Shown here: in pieces, positions 49,235 through 58,835 of the stretch
Layout of the letters: the number at the start of each line of letters is the position of its first letter
Position numbering within the stretch: the stretch's first letter is position 1
Translations under genes and position numbers: made by a program
Notes under the pieces: generated by a model
Seen by the model: the letters and a program-made list of their open reading frames with translations, nothing else
Told to the model about the DNA's origin: nothing
Database searches by the model: none
NCBI GenBank assembly: GCA_963711565.1
Contig: CAVQEQ010000004.1
Span: 512,001 to 576,000 of the forward strand
Direction: 5' to 3'
Length of the DNA: 64,000 bases
DNA from: an uncultured delta proteobacterium
Lineage (GTDB): Bacteria; Desulfobacterota; Binatia; Binatales; Binataceae

Positions 49235-50123
49235 AGCCGAGTTGCGCGCGAAATTCGGCACGCGAGTCCGCGCCGCGATGCCGCTCGCGGAACTGACGTC
49301 ATTCCGGATCGGAGGACCCGCGGACTTGTTCGTCAACGTCGAGGATGAAGCCGAGCTGATGCACGCGAAGGCCGCCGCGTATCGTGCGAGTGTACCGTGC
49401 TTCTGCCTCGGCGCGGGTACCAACCTGCTCGTGAGCGACCGCGGGATGCGCGGGTTGGTGGTGAGACTTGGCGATGGCTTCGCAAAAATAAATATCGACG
49501 ACACGAAAGTCGTTGCGGGCGCCGGCGCCGCGTTCGGTACGCTCGTCAGTGAAGTTGTCGATCGGGGCCTTGAGGGGCTCGAATTCGGCGAAGGTATTCC
49601 CGGTACGGTCGGCGGTGGATTGGTGATGAACGCGGGTGCGTTCGGCGGCGAAATCGCGAAGGTGGTCACGCTGGTGCATGGCGTCACCGAGTCTGGCGAC
49701 GCGCTCGCGCTGACCAGGGACAACGTCAAGTTTGCGTATCGGCGCACTGAGTTGCCGAATCACTTCATAATCACCCGCGTCGATTTCGATCTTGCGCATG
49801 GCGATCGCGATCGACTGACGGCGCGAGTCGCCGAGTTGAAAGCCAGGCGCGCATCGCGTCAGCCGCGCGGAGTGCCGAACGCGGGATCGATCTTCAAAAA
49901 TCCGCCGGGCAATTTCGCGGGCAAGTTGCTGGAAGGCGCGGGCCTGAAGGGAACGCGGCTCGGCGGTGCGGCGTTTTCGGATCAGCATGCAAACTTTATC
50001 GTGAATCTCGGCGGCGCTCAGGCCGCGGAAGTGCGCGCGCTGATCGACCTGGCGCGCAACAAGGTGAAAGAGCAGAGCGGCGTCTTGCTCGAACCGGAGG
50101 TTAGGCTGGTCGGCGACTGGTAA
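49221..50123 (+). CDS. murB: UDP-N-acetylenolpyruvoylglucosamine reductase
   Basis: FRIGGPA, GIPGTVGG..MNAGA, GSIFKNP, HANF. Confidence 0.96.
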   Translation: MKALEAELRAKFGTRVRAAMPLAELTSFRIGGPADLFVNVEDEAELMHAKAAAYRASVPCFCLGAGTNLLVSDRGMRGLVVRLGDGFAKINIDDTKVVAGAGAAFGTLVSEVVDRGLEGLEFGEGIPGTVGGGLVMNAGAFGGEIAKVVTLVHGVTESGDALALTRDNVKFAYRRTELPNHFIITRVDFDLAHGDRDRLTARVAELKARRASRQPRGVPNAGSIFKNPPGNFAGKLLEGAGLKGTRLGGAAFSDQHANFIVNLGGAQAAEVRALIDLARNKVKEQSGVLLEPEVRLVGDW

Positions 50124-50149
50124 CGCGCAATTTGGATTGAGGTGGTGGG

Positions 50150-50932
50150 GTGGCGGTTCGCGGGAAAAAGAAAGCGGTGACTGGGTGGAGCGCGCGGATG
50201 GGCGGGCTGGTGGTGTGCGCCTTTTTTGCGCTGGGCGTGATGACGGGATTCAGCACGGCCGGCCGCGCAGTGGCTCTCAGAGCGTCCGCAAGCCTCGCCT
50301 CATATCGCGATCAAATTCTGGATTCGCTCGCACCCGCGCGCACTACCGCTGCGAGTTATTCCGCCGTGCTGGTGCAATGGGCCGGACGCGCGGGAATTTA
50401 CCATCAAGGTCTGCACCAGCCGGGCGCTGCGGCGATTTCGGCTGGCGATATGCGTGACGGCGCGATCGCGCTCGTCGAGCGTCACGACGGCTTCTACCAA
50501 CTGTTCAGCGGCGGCGAGCTGCGCGGGCCGGTTTCGCCGGACAAGCAGGGCGACTTGCCTGTGCTGAGCGGCGATGCGCTCGACAACGCTCGCGGATCGC
50601 AGATGGTCGATTACACGGCGCTGCTGGTGCGCGCGGAGACGCAACTGTCCGAAATTATTTCGGAGATGCGCGTCGGCGACGACGGCACGGCCTCGCTCTT
50701 CCTCGAGCGCGAGCGCACCGAGGTCGTGCTCGATCTGGATCGCGCCACGACCGAGCTTCAGCGCGCGATCAAAGTGCGTCAACAATGGCAGGGACGTGAG
50801 AACCTGATCGCGGCGCTCGATTTGACTACGCCAGGACTCGCTGTTGTGCGCCTGCATGCGATCGCGAGCACTCACTCGAAGCATAAGACCGCGCTTCGAA
50901 AAGTTTCGTTCCAGCCGGGCGGGAGCCGGTGA
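50150..50932 (+). CDS. ftsQ: divergent FtsQ/DivIB-like protein
   Basis: Position before ftsA; N-terminal TM; beta-domain-like AIALV..Y.L..G, DLPVL.G and terminal LDL....VVR. Confidence 0.6.
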   Translation: MAVRGKKKAVTGWSARMGGLVVCAFFALGVMTGFSTAGRAVALRASASLASYRDQILDSLAPARTTAASYSAVLVQWAGRAGIYHQGLHQPGAAAISAGDMRDGAIALVERHDGFYQLFSGGELRGPVSPDKQGDLPVLSGDALDNARGSQMVDYTALLVRAETQLSEIISEMRVGDDGTASLFLERERTEVVLDLDRATTELQRAIKVRQQWQGRENLIAALDLTTPGLAVVRLHAIASTHSKHKTALRKVSFQPGGSR

Positions 50933-50936
50933 CGCG

Positions 50937-52154
50937 ATGAGAAATCTGCTCACCGGGCTGGACGTCGGCACCAGCAAAGTTTGCGCGATCGTCGGCGAAT
51001 CGCTGCCGGACGGCCAGTTGGCGACGCTCGGCTTCGGCGTCGCGCCATGCACGGGGCTGCGCAAGGGCGTCGTCGTAAATATCGAGGCGACCGTCGATGC
51101 GATCAAGGTTGCCGTCGAGGAAGCGGAGAAAACTTCCGGCGTGCGCGTCGGCTCGGTTGTAGTCGGCGTCGCGGGGCCGCATATCAAGGGTCTCAACAGC
51201 CACGGGATCGTCGCGGTGCGCGGCGGTGAAGTCAGCGCGCGCGATGTCGATCGGGTGATCGACGCGGCGCGCGCGGTCGCAATCCCTCTTGATCGCCAGG
51301 TCCTGCATATTCTGCCGCAACAGTTCGCCGTCGATGAGCAGGAAGGCGTGCGCGAGCCTTACGGGATGGCAGGCGTTCGCCTCGAGGCGCGTATTCATAT
51401 CATCACCGCCGCGCAGAGCTACGGCCAGAATCTCACCAAGTGCTGCGAGCGCGCGGGCGTGACGCCGTCCGAGATGGTTTTCCAGCCGCTCGCCTCGGCG
51501 GACGCGGCGCTGTTTCCGGAGGAGCGCGAACTCGGCGTGGCGCTGATCGATATCGGCGGCGGCACCACCGATATCATCGTCTTTCACGGCGGCGCCGTGA
51601 TGCATACCGCGGTGCTCCCGATTGGCGGCAATCATCTCACCAGCGACATCGCCGCCGGACTGCGCACTCCTATCTCCGACGCCGAACAGCTCAAGATCAC
51701 GTTCGGTATTGCGACCAATCAGGTCGTGCGGCGCGACGAGACGGTGCAGGTGCCGGGCGTCGGCGGACGCGAGCCGCGCGTGATCGCGCGCCGCCTGCTC
51801 GGTGAAATCATCGAGCCGCGCATGGAAGAAATTTTCACGATGGTGCAGCGCGAGCTGCTGCGCTCCGGCGTTTCCGACGGCCTCGCGTCCGGCGTCGTGC
51901 TGGTCGGCGGCACCTCGCTGCTCGAGGGCACGCAGGAACTCGCCGAGCGCATCTTCGGCCTACCGGTGCGGCGCGGACTTCCCATCAACTTGAAAGGACT
52001 GCCCGAAGAACTGATGAAGCCGATGTACACGACGGCCGCCGGCTTGTTGCTCCATCAGAGCGCGGTGGGCGGAATTGGCAACGGAGTTGGAAAAGCGGGC
52101 CGGCTTGGACGGCTGCGCTCACGGTTTAGCGATTGGGTGAGGGACTTCTTTTGA
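50937..52154 (+). CDS. ftsA: cell division protein FtsA
   Basis: [26 protein letters not shown]. Confidence 0.96.
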   Translation: MRNLLTGLDVGTSKVCAIVGESLPDGQLATLGFGVAPCTGLRKGVVVNIEATVDAIKVAVEEAEKTSGVRVGSVVVGVAGPHIKGLNSHGIVAVRGGEVSARDVDRVIDAARAVAIPLDRQVLHILPQQFAVDEQEGVREPYGMAGVRLEARIHIITAAQSYGQNLTKCCERAGVTPSEMVFQPLASADAALFPEERELGVALIDIGGGTTDIIVFHGGAVMHTAVLPIGGNHLTSDIAAGLRTPISDAEQLKITFGIATNQVVRRDETVQVPGVGGREPRVIARRLLGEIIEPRMEEIFTMVQRELLRSGVSDGLASGVVLVGGTSLLEGTQELAERIFGLPVRRGLPINLKGLPEELMKPMYTTAAGLLLHQSAVGGIGNGVGKAGRLGRLRSRFSDWVRDFF

Positions 52155-52222
52155 GAAGTCGCCGAAACAAAAAATTTAATGGGCAACAAACTTTGCCGGT
52201 AGGTGGTGGAGGAGGATCTGTA

Positions 52223-53504
52223 ATGATTGAGTTGGTGAGTAATCCCGACCCGGGCGCGAGGATCAAGGTAATCGGTGCAGGTGGATGCGGCGGCAACGCG
52301 GTCAACCACATGATCAATGTGGGGCTGCGCAACGTCGATTTCATCGCCGTGAATACCGACATCCAGGCGCTGCAGAATAATCACGCGCCGCTGCGCGTTC
52401 AGATTGGCGACGAGATCACGCGCGGACGCGGTACCGGCGGCAATCCGGAAATCGGACGCAAGGCCGCGCTCGAAGACGAGGAGCGCATTCGCGAAATCCT
52501 GTCGGAAGCCGAGATGGTATTCGTCACCGCCGGAATGGGCGGCGGCACCGGCACCGGTTCTGCGCCAGTCATTGCGCGCATCGCGCGCGAGCTCGGCGCG
52601 CTGACCGTCGGCGTCGTGACCAAGCCATTCCAGTTCGAAGGGCGCCGGCGCATGTCGCAGGCCGAAGAGGGTTTGCGCGAGCTGAAGAACGCGGTCAACA
52701 CGCTGATCACGATTCCCAATCAGCGCCTGCTCTCGGTCGCGAGCAAAAATACGTCGCTCAAGGAATCGTTCCAGAAGGCCGACGACGTGTTGCTGCAAGC
52801 CGTGCGCGGTATTTCAGAACTCGTCACAGTGCATGGGCTGATCAATCTCGACTTCGCCAACGTCCGCTCGATCATGGCCGAGATGGGCATGGCGATGATG
52901 GGCGCGGCCACCGCTTCCGGCGAGAATCGCGCGGTCGAGGCGGCCCAGCGCGCAATTTCGAGTCCGCTGCTCGAGGACGTTCTCGATCAAGGGCGCGCGT
53001 GGCCTGCTGATCAACGTGACCGGCGGCTCGGACATGGCGCTCTACGAAGTCAACGAGGCTGCCAGCCTGATCCAGGAAGAGGCGCACGAGGACGCGAACA
53101 TCATTTTCGGCGCGGTGATCGACGACGCGATGTCAGACGAGATTCGCGTCACCGTGATCGCGACTGGCTTCGGCGATCTCGACCGCGGTACGTCGCGTTA
53201 CTCGCCGTCGGGCGCGCCGGTGACCACGCCGATCGCGGCGGCCTCGACCCGGCCGGTCGATCCGATGGAGGTCAAGCAGCCGGCGCCTGCCGCCCAGGCG
53301 GGGCAGGTGCGGATGTTCCCCGGCAACAAGCCGGTGCGCAGGATGGGCCTGGTCGTCAACGACAGCACGCTCGACATCCCGGCGTTTCGGCGCCGCGGCG
53401 AGGATTCGGGCCTGGCGGACGGCGAGAAGCTCGAGCCCAATTCGCTGCTCGACGGCGACGACAAGCTCGACATCCCAACCTTCCTCCGCAAGCACCTCGA
53501 CTAG
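52223..53504 (+). CDS. ftsZ: cell division protein FtsZ, interrupted by a +1 frameshift near 52980
   Basis: GGCGGNAV and GMGGGTGTG in the first frame; [31 protein letters not shown] in the shifted frame; removing one T from GACGTTCTCG restores one ORF. Confidence 0.9.
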
Positions 53505-53526
53505 CGCGGGCGATCACCGAAATAAT

Positions 53527-53566
53527 TGCGGCGCCCGAGTCTTACGACTCGCGGCGCCGCATTTTT
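53527..53566 (+). terminator. rho-independent terminator of the dcw operon
   Basis: TGCGGCGCC-CGAGTC-TTAC-GACTCG-C-GGCGCCGCA followed by TTTTT. Confidence 0.85.
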
Positions 53567-53635
53567 GTTGTCATCGCTCGTGCGCCCGCGGTGGTGGATT
53601 GCTTCCCTTGGTCGCTTGGTGCATATTAGCAGGGG

Positions 53636-53652
53636 ATATCTCATAGAGATAT
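53636..53652 (+). promoter_or_regulatory. putative TA operator palindrome
   Basis: ATATCTC-ATA-GAGATAT just upstream of the antitoxin RBS. Confidence 0.6.
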
Positions 53653-53666
53653 TTGGAGCGAAACTC

Positions 53667-53903
53667 ATGGAGTCTATCTCCCTAAAACTGCCCGAAAACC
53701 TGCTGGAAACCAGCGACCGATGCGCCCGCGCGCTCGGTATCCCGCGCGCCGAATATATACGCCGCGCGATTGAACGCATGAACCGCGAGGCCGAGGCTCG
53801 CGCTCGCGCGGAGCGGATGGCGCGCGCGTCGCGCAAAGTCCGCAAGGAAAGCATGCGTGTGAATGCCGAGTTCGCCGCGATTGAGCGCGACCCGGATGCC
53901 TGA
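53667..53903 (+). CDS. ribbon-helix-helix (CopG-like) antitoxin
   Basis: SISLKLP..L..D.....G..R.EYIRRAI; overlaps toxin start; GGAG RBS. Confidence 0.82.
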   Translation: MESISLKLPENLLETSDRCARALGIPRAEYIRRAIERMNREAEARARAERMARASRKVRKESMRVNAEFAAIERDPDA

Positions 53904-54240
53904 GCGCGGCGATATCTGGATCGCCAATTTGAGTCCACGCCGCGGCACCGAGCCGGGCAAGACCCGTCCGGTGCTGATCGTCCAAGCGCAGTCGCTGATC
54001 AACGCCGGCCACGCTTCAACGTTGATAGTTCCTCTGACCACCAATCTCGCCGACGACGCCTATCCGTTGCGCGTACGCGTGCACGCGCAATCCTCTTTGC
54101 GGCGCAATTCTGATCTGCTGATCGACCAATTGCGCGCGATCGACAACCGCTTCCTGATCAAAGGCCCGCTATCACGTCTCGACGAAACAGCGATGGACCG
54201 CGTCGCCGCCGCTCTCCGCGAAGTTCTGGACCTTGGCTGA
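53896..54240 (+). CDS. MazF/PemK family toxin
   Basis: RGDIW.A.L.P..G.E.GK.RPVLIVQ, VPLTT, DQLRAID. Confidence 0.92.
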   Translation: MPERGDIWIANLSPRRGTEPGKTRPVLIVQAQSLINAGHASTLIVPLTTNLADDAYPLRVRVHAQSSLRRNSDLLIDQLRAIDNRFLIKGPLSRLDETAMDRVAAALREVLDLG

Positions 54241-54287
54241 GATCGAAGCCCATCGCGCCGCGTAAGCGGCCTATCCCGGAGGTTTGT

Positions 54288-56102
54288 TTACCGCCCGGCC
54301 GCGACTCGCGGCGCGGGAGCCTCGCCGTTGAGCGATTTCAGGATCGCCTGGCGGCGCTCCTTCAATTCCTTCGGCATCGTCGGCCCGATCTTTTCGAAGA
54401 ACTCACTGGCCGACTCGAGTTCCGCTTTCCATTCTGCCGGATTCACCGCGAGCGCATCTCGCGCCACGCTCGGCGCTAGCTCGAGGCCTTTCAGATCGAG
54501 TTCTCCCTCATCGGGAACGATCCCGACCGGCGTCGCACCCCCCTTCGCGCGTCCGTGGATTCGATCGAGCATCCACTTGAGCACGCGCAGGTTCTCGCCG
54601 TAGCCCGGCCAGATGAAATTGCCGTCGGTGCCCTTGCGGAACCAGTTCACCATAAAAATGCGCGGCGGTTTCTTGATCGCGCCGCGCATCTTGAGCCAAT
54701 GCGCGAAATAGTCGCCGATGTTGTAGCCGCAGAACGGCAGCATCGCCATCGGATCGCGCCGCAGCACGCCGACCGCTCCTGCCGCCGCCGCCGTCGTTTC
54801 CGACCCCATCGTCGCGCCCATGAAAACGCCGTGCGTCCAGTCCATCGATTCGAGCACCAGCGGCACCGTCGAAGCCCGCCGTCCGCCGAAGATGACCGCC
54901 GAAATCGGCACGCCGCGAGGATCGTCGGCGCTCGGCGACCACGCCGGATTGTTGCGCATCGGTGTCGTGAAGCGGCTGTTAGGATGCGCGGCTTTGTCGG
55001 TCGATCCTTTTTTCCACGGCCGTCCCTGCCAGTCGATCAGACCGTCGGGCGCCGGCACGTCCATCCCTTCCCACCACACGTCGCCGTCAGGAGTCATCGC
55101 GACGTTGGTGAAAATCGTATCGTGCTGCACCATCCTCATCGCGTTGAGATTCGATTTCGCGCTGGTGCCGGGCGCGACGCCGAAGTAGCCGTTCTCGGGA
55201 TTCACCGCCCACAGACCGCCGTCGGGACCGACGCGCATCCACGAGATGTCGTCGCCGACAGTGAATACTTTCCAGCCCTTGAACTCGGCCGGCGGCGTCA
55301 GCATCGCGAGATTGGTCTTGCCACACGCGCTCGGAAACGCGGCCGCGACATAAGTGGTCTCGCCCTCGGGACTCTGCAGGCCGAGAATCAGCATATGCTC
55401 GGCGAGCCAGCCTTCGTCGCGGCCGAGCACGCTCGCGATTCTGAGCGCGAAACATTTCTTGCTGAGCAATGCGTTGCCGCCGTAGCCGCTGCCGACCGAG
55501 ATAATCGTGTTGTCCTGCGGGAAGTGGCAAATGAGGCGCCGCTCGGGATTCAAGTCGAGCGTGCAATGAATTCCGCGATTGAAATCGTTCGACTCGCCAA
55601 GTTGCTTCAGCGCCGCCGCGCCCATGCGCGTCATGATTCGCATGTTCAGCACCACGTAGATGCTGTCGGTCAACTCGACGCCGACCTTCGACAACGGCGA
55701 TCCGAGCGGGCCCATCACATACGGCACCACGTACATCGTGCGTCCGCGCATCGAGCCTTCGAGCCATCCGCGCAGCTTGGCGTAAGTCGCGGCGGGCTCG
55801 GACCAGTTGTTAGTCGGCCCCGCGTCTTTCTTATCCGGCGTGCAAACGAAAGTCAGTTGCTCGGTGCGGGCGACGTCGTTGGGATTCGACCGATGGAGGT
55901 AGCAGCCGGGCCGCTTCTCCTGGTTGAGCTCGATCAGTATTCCCGCTGCGACTGCCTGTTTGGTGAGCCGATTTTTTTCAGCTTCGGAACCGTCGCACCA
56001 GATTATCGCGTCAGGCTTTGTGAGCGCGGCGACTTCCTTGACCCAATCGCGCAACGCGCGGCTGCTGGTCGGCGAACTATTGGCGTTGGGATTGGGCGTC
56101 AC
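54288..56102 (-). CDS. pckG: phosphoenolpyruvate carboxykinase (GTP)
   Basis: GSGYGGN, KKCFALR, AFPSACGKTNLAM, VGDDI, HPNSRF, DPMAMLPF. Confidence 0.96.
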   Translation of the reverse strand: MTPNPNANSSPTSSRALRDWVKEVAALTKPDAIIWCDGSEAEKNRLTKQAVAAGILIELNQEKRPGCYLHRSNPNDVARTEQLTFVCTPDKKDAGPTNNWSEPAATYAKLRGWLEGSMRGRTMYVVPYVMGPLGSPLSKVGVELTDSIYVVLNMRIMTRMGAAALKQLGESNDFNRGIHCTLDLNPERRLICHFPQDNTIISVGSGYGGNALLSKKCFALRIASVLGRDEGWLAEHMLILGLQSPEGETTYVAAAFPSACGKTNLAMLTPPAEFKGWKVFTVGDDISWMRVGPDGGLWAVNPENGYFGVAPGTSAKSNLNAMRMVQHDTIFTNVAMTPDGDVWWEGMDVPAPDGLIDWQGRPWKKGSTDKAAHPNSRFTTPMRNNPAWSPSADDPRGVPISAVIFGGRRASTVPLVLESMDWTHGVFMGATMGSETTAAAAGAVGVLRRDPMAMLPFCGYNIGDYFAHWLKMRGAIKKPPRIFMVNWFRKGTDGNFIWPGYGENLRVLKWMLDRIHGRAKGGATPVGIVPDEGELDLKGLELAPSVARDALAVNPAEWKAELESASEFFEKIGPTMPKELKERRQAILKSLNGEAPAPRVAAGR

Positions 56103-56320
56103 TTCATGCGCTCCACGTCGGTCCTTGTGAGACGTAACTCCTACTCAAACGCAGGTGCAAAATGCAATCCAGCGAACATGAGCACGTAATATGTAGATTA
56201 GCAGATTAGATTAATCAAGGGGAGAACTATAAGCAATTCTTCAGACCATTGTGCGCGCGAGAACCGCCCCGGGGCGATCCTGACTCGCGATGCCGCTCCA
56301 CCCCTCGAGAATATCGGTCA

Positions 56321-56398
56321 TGAGAGCAAAGTAGCGTCCTCGCAACTTTGCGATTGACAATGGGTGCAGGGGTCACCCCTGCCGCCCCGCGCGCAGCG
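56321..56398. repeat. family A repeat (GAGAGCAAAG hairpin + core)
   Basis: Matches 62616-62684 and the reverse complement of 60201-60285. Confidence 0.8.
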
Positions 56399-56431
56399 GT
56401 TCTGACGATCTGATCAACTCCAGGGCATCAT

Positions 56432-57202
56432 CTAGTACGCGGCGCTCTTGCGCGCCGAGTTGATCAGCTTCTGGATTTCCTCTTCGGTGAATCCCGCCAG
56501 CATCCGCGCCTCTTTCGCGATCGCGACCACTTGCCCGTCGTCGTTCTCGATATCTTCCTGCGCGCGCCGCCCGCCGCGGAAGTTGAAGACCTCGTCGACC
56601 ATGTCCTGGAACGCCTGCGCCTTGGCCAGCCGCTCGGGGTCGCCCTCGGTCAGCTTGCGCATCCACTTCGATCCCATGCGCACGTGCGTGATCTCGTCGG
56701 CCAGCACGTAGTCCACCGATCGCTCGATCACCTCGTCGCCGTTGCGCTGCGCGATCCGAATAAGCTGATCGAAGACGTCGCACGCGAGCCCCTCGAGCCC
56801 GCGATTTATTCCCGCGACCCGCGCCGCCGGATCCATCGCCTGCGTGCATCGCCACAAAATCTCCGTCTCGACGTAGTCGCCAGGATGCCCGCCCATGTAC
56901 TCGACGAGGCGCTGGAAAATCTCGCTGTGACGCGCTTCGTCCCACACCTGGCGCGCCATGTCGAGCTGGAACTCCCACGGCGCGTCCGGAAAATCGAACA
57001 GCGTGCGTCCCGCCGCCTCCATCGCCTGCAACTCGCCGGTGTAGATTCCATGCAGTCGCGAGCGCAGTGTCTCTTCGTCGAACGGCATCGGCCGCCCGCC
57101 TTCGAGGCCTTGCTCCTCGCGAATTTCGCGCACCTGACGGCTGCGCAACACTACCCAATTGTCGGGACGGGCAAGGCGGTCAACCGGGATACATTTTTCC
57201 AT
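56432..57202 (-). CDS. DUF455-like ferritin-fold diiron protein B
   Basis: GELQAME, DEARH, LEGLACD, DEITH, EAR..AGF.EEE; paralog of 57236-58036. Confidence 0.82.
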   Translation of the reverse strand: MEKCIPVDRLARPDNWVVLRSRQVREIREEQGLEGGRPMPFDEETLRSRLHGIYTGELQAMEAAGRTLFDFPDAPWEFQLDMARQVWDEARHSEIFQRLVEYMGGHPGDYVETEILWRCTQAMDPAARVAGINRGLEGLACDVFDQLIRIAQRNGDEVIERSVDYVLADEITHVRMGSKWMRKLTEGDPERLAKAQAFQDMVDEVFNFRGGRRAQEDIENDDGQVVAIAKEARMLAGFTEEEIQKLINSARKSAAY

Positions 57203-57235
57203 CGCAAAAATTCCTTGGTGAATCGCGCCGCCTGA

Positions 57236-58036
57236 TTAGTACGCGGCGCTCTTGCCGAAGCCTTTGACCAGCCGATCGATTTCCTCTTCAGTGAATCCCG
57301 CGAGCAGCCGCGCCTCGCGCGCAATCGTCAGGCCCGCGTCGATTTCGATCTCCTTCTCATTGACGCGCTGCTTGACGTGATCGACATCCTCGATCCGCTT
57401 GCGCCCGGGACCGAAGTTGAACAACTCGTCGATCCGGTCCTGGAACTCCTGCGCCCGCTTGAAGCGCTCGGGGTCGCCCTCGGTCAGCTTGCGCATCCAC
57501 TGCGATCCCATCCGCACGTGAGTGATCTCGTCGGCCAGCACGTAATCTACCGAACGTTCGATAACCGAATCGCCCATCTTCTGCGCGATCCGAATCAGTT
57601 GCTCGAAGACGTCGCACGCGAGCCCCTCGAGTCCGCGATTTATTCCCGCCACGCGCGCCGCCGGATCCTCCGCCTGAGTGCACGACCACAACACTTCGCC
57701 CTCGGGAAATTCGCCGTAATACGATCCGACGTATTCGAGCAGCTTCATATAGATCTCGGCGTGACGCGATTCGTCCCACACCTGGCGCGCCATGTCGAGC
57801 TGGAATTCCCACGGCGCGTCGGGAAAGTCGTAGAGCGTGCGCCCGGCCGCTTCCATCGCCTGGAATTCCCCGCCGCAAATCCCGTGCATCCGCGATTTCA
57901 GGAAATCATCCTCGTACGGCATCGCGTTGCCGGGCGACAATCCCTGCTCGCTGCGCGCGTTGCGCGTGCGATTCGCGGGCAGCAGGATATGGTTCTCGGG
58001 ACGCGCCAGCTTATCGACCGGGATCATTCTTTCCAT
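57236..58036 (-). CDS. DUF455-like ferritin-fold diiron protein A
   Basis: GEFQAME, DESRH, LEGLACD, DEITH; AAGGAG RBS. Confidence 0.82.
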   Translation of the reverse strand: MERMIPVDKLARPENHILLPANRTRNARSEQGLSPGNAMPYEDDFLKSRMHGICGGEFQAMEAAGRTLYDFPDAPWEFQLDMARQVWDESRHAEIYMKLLEYVGSYYGEFPEGEVLWSCTQAEDPAARVAGINRGLEGLACDVFEQLIRIAQKMGDSVIERSVDYVLADEITHVRMGSQWMRKLTEGDPERFKRAQEFQDRIDELFNFGPGRKRIEDVDHVKQRVNEKEIEIDAGLTIAREARLLAGFTEEEIDRLVKGFGKSAAY

Positions 58037-58055
58037 CGCCGTTGCTCCTTCGTTT

Positions 58056-58442
58056 TCATCTACTCCACGCTGACCTCTTGCCGGTCAGGTCCAACGCCTC
58101 GCGTACAGTCCATTCGCCGTCCTTCGGGCCGAGCCGAAACTGAAACTTGAACGGCTCGACGCCGGACCCCGTCAGCTGCGCCTTGAGAAAATAATGATGC
58201 GCCACGCGCGCGCGTCCAATAAGCTCGAACCTATCATACTTGTTCGCCGGAATCGCATTGGCGACCCGCATCATCTCGTCGCGCACATGCGCCGGCGTCA
58301 TCGCCTCGACGCTCGCATGGTCGCCGCGTATCAGCGCATTCAGCAGCCGCTCTGCCGCCGCGAACATCTCGGCCGGCGGCTCGACGATTTCCGCAATCGG
58401 CTGCGGCCCCATCACGTTGCCGCGTTCTCCCAAATCAGGCAT
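58056..58442 (-). CDS. small NTF2/SnoaL-like protein B
   Basis: AL..GD helix then beta strands, GEW.V, DLTGKRSAWS; start overlaps upstream stop. Confidence 0.65.
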   Translation of the reverse strand: MPDLGERGNVMGPQPIAEIVEPPAEMFAAAERLLNALIRGDHASVEAMTPAHVRDEMMRVANAIPANKYDRFELIGRARVAHHYFLKAQLTGSGVEPFKFQFRLGPKDGEWTVREALDLTGKRSAWSR

Positions 58443-58830
58443 TGCCGTTCCCCACGCGCGCCTGCTCGATCGCCGCCGCCAGATTCGGAACGTCGCTCCA
58501 CGGCGAGCGCTTGCCCGTCGTGTCCTCGACGCTCGCGATCGCCCACTTGCCGTCAGCCTCTTTGCGCCATCGATAGAGCACGCGACGCATTGCGCCGCCG
58601 TTCGTGAACCTGATTTTCGAAATGTACTGAAAACCCACCTTCGCCAGCGCCATCGTTTCGACGTTGACCGGCTTGCCAATCCGCCCAATCTCCGCCGCGG
58701 CCTGCCGATGCGCTTCGATTCCCTGCGCGAGCACGAAACGCTCCGCCGTCGCGCTATCGCCCGCCGCGAGTGCGCCCGCATGCGTCGCGATCGCCTCGCG
58801 CAGGTCGGTGATATCGTCCAGCTTCTTCAT
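58435..58830 (-). CDS. small NTF2/SnoaL-like protein A
   Basis: ALAAGD, DGKWAI, DTTGKRSPWS; paralog of 58056-58442. Confidence 0.65.
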   Translation of the reverse strand: MKKLDDITDLREAIATHAGALAAGDSATAERFVLAQGIEAHRQAAAEIGRIGKPVNVETMALAKVGFQYISKIRFTNGGAMRRVLYRWRKEADGKWAIASVEDTTGKRSPWSDVPNLAAAIEQARVGNGNA

Positions 58831-58835
58831 ATTGC

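Noticed and set aside
48047-49747. Long antisense ORFs (also 25440-27149, 29305-30747, 37858-39402, 54555-56189, 58923-60125)
   Set aside because: Shadow frames of GC-rich real genes with no motifs and biased composition
52982-53629. Novel C-terminal extension of FtsZ (498 aa ORF), or programmed frameshifting
   Set aside because: Out-of-frame read-through after a 1-bp insertion; the real C-terminus is in the other frame and no slippery sequence is visible
56190-56216. AGATT triple repeat upstream of pckG as a regulator site
   Set aside because: Too short and irregular to support in AT-rich promoter sequence
58443-58781. 241 aa version of the 58056 ORF
   Set aside because: The extension overlaps the real 58435-58830 gene in another frame
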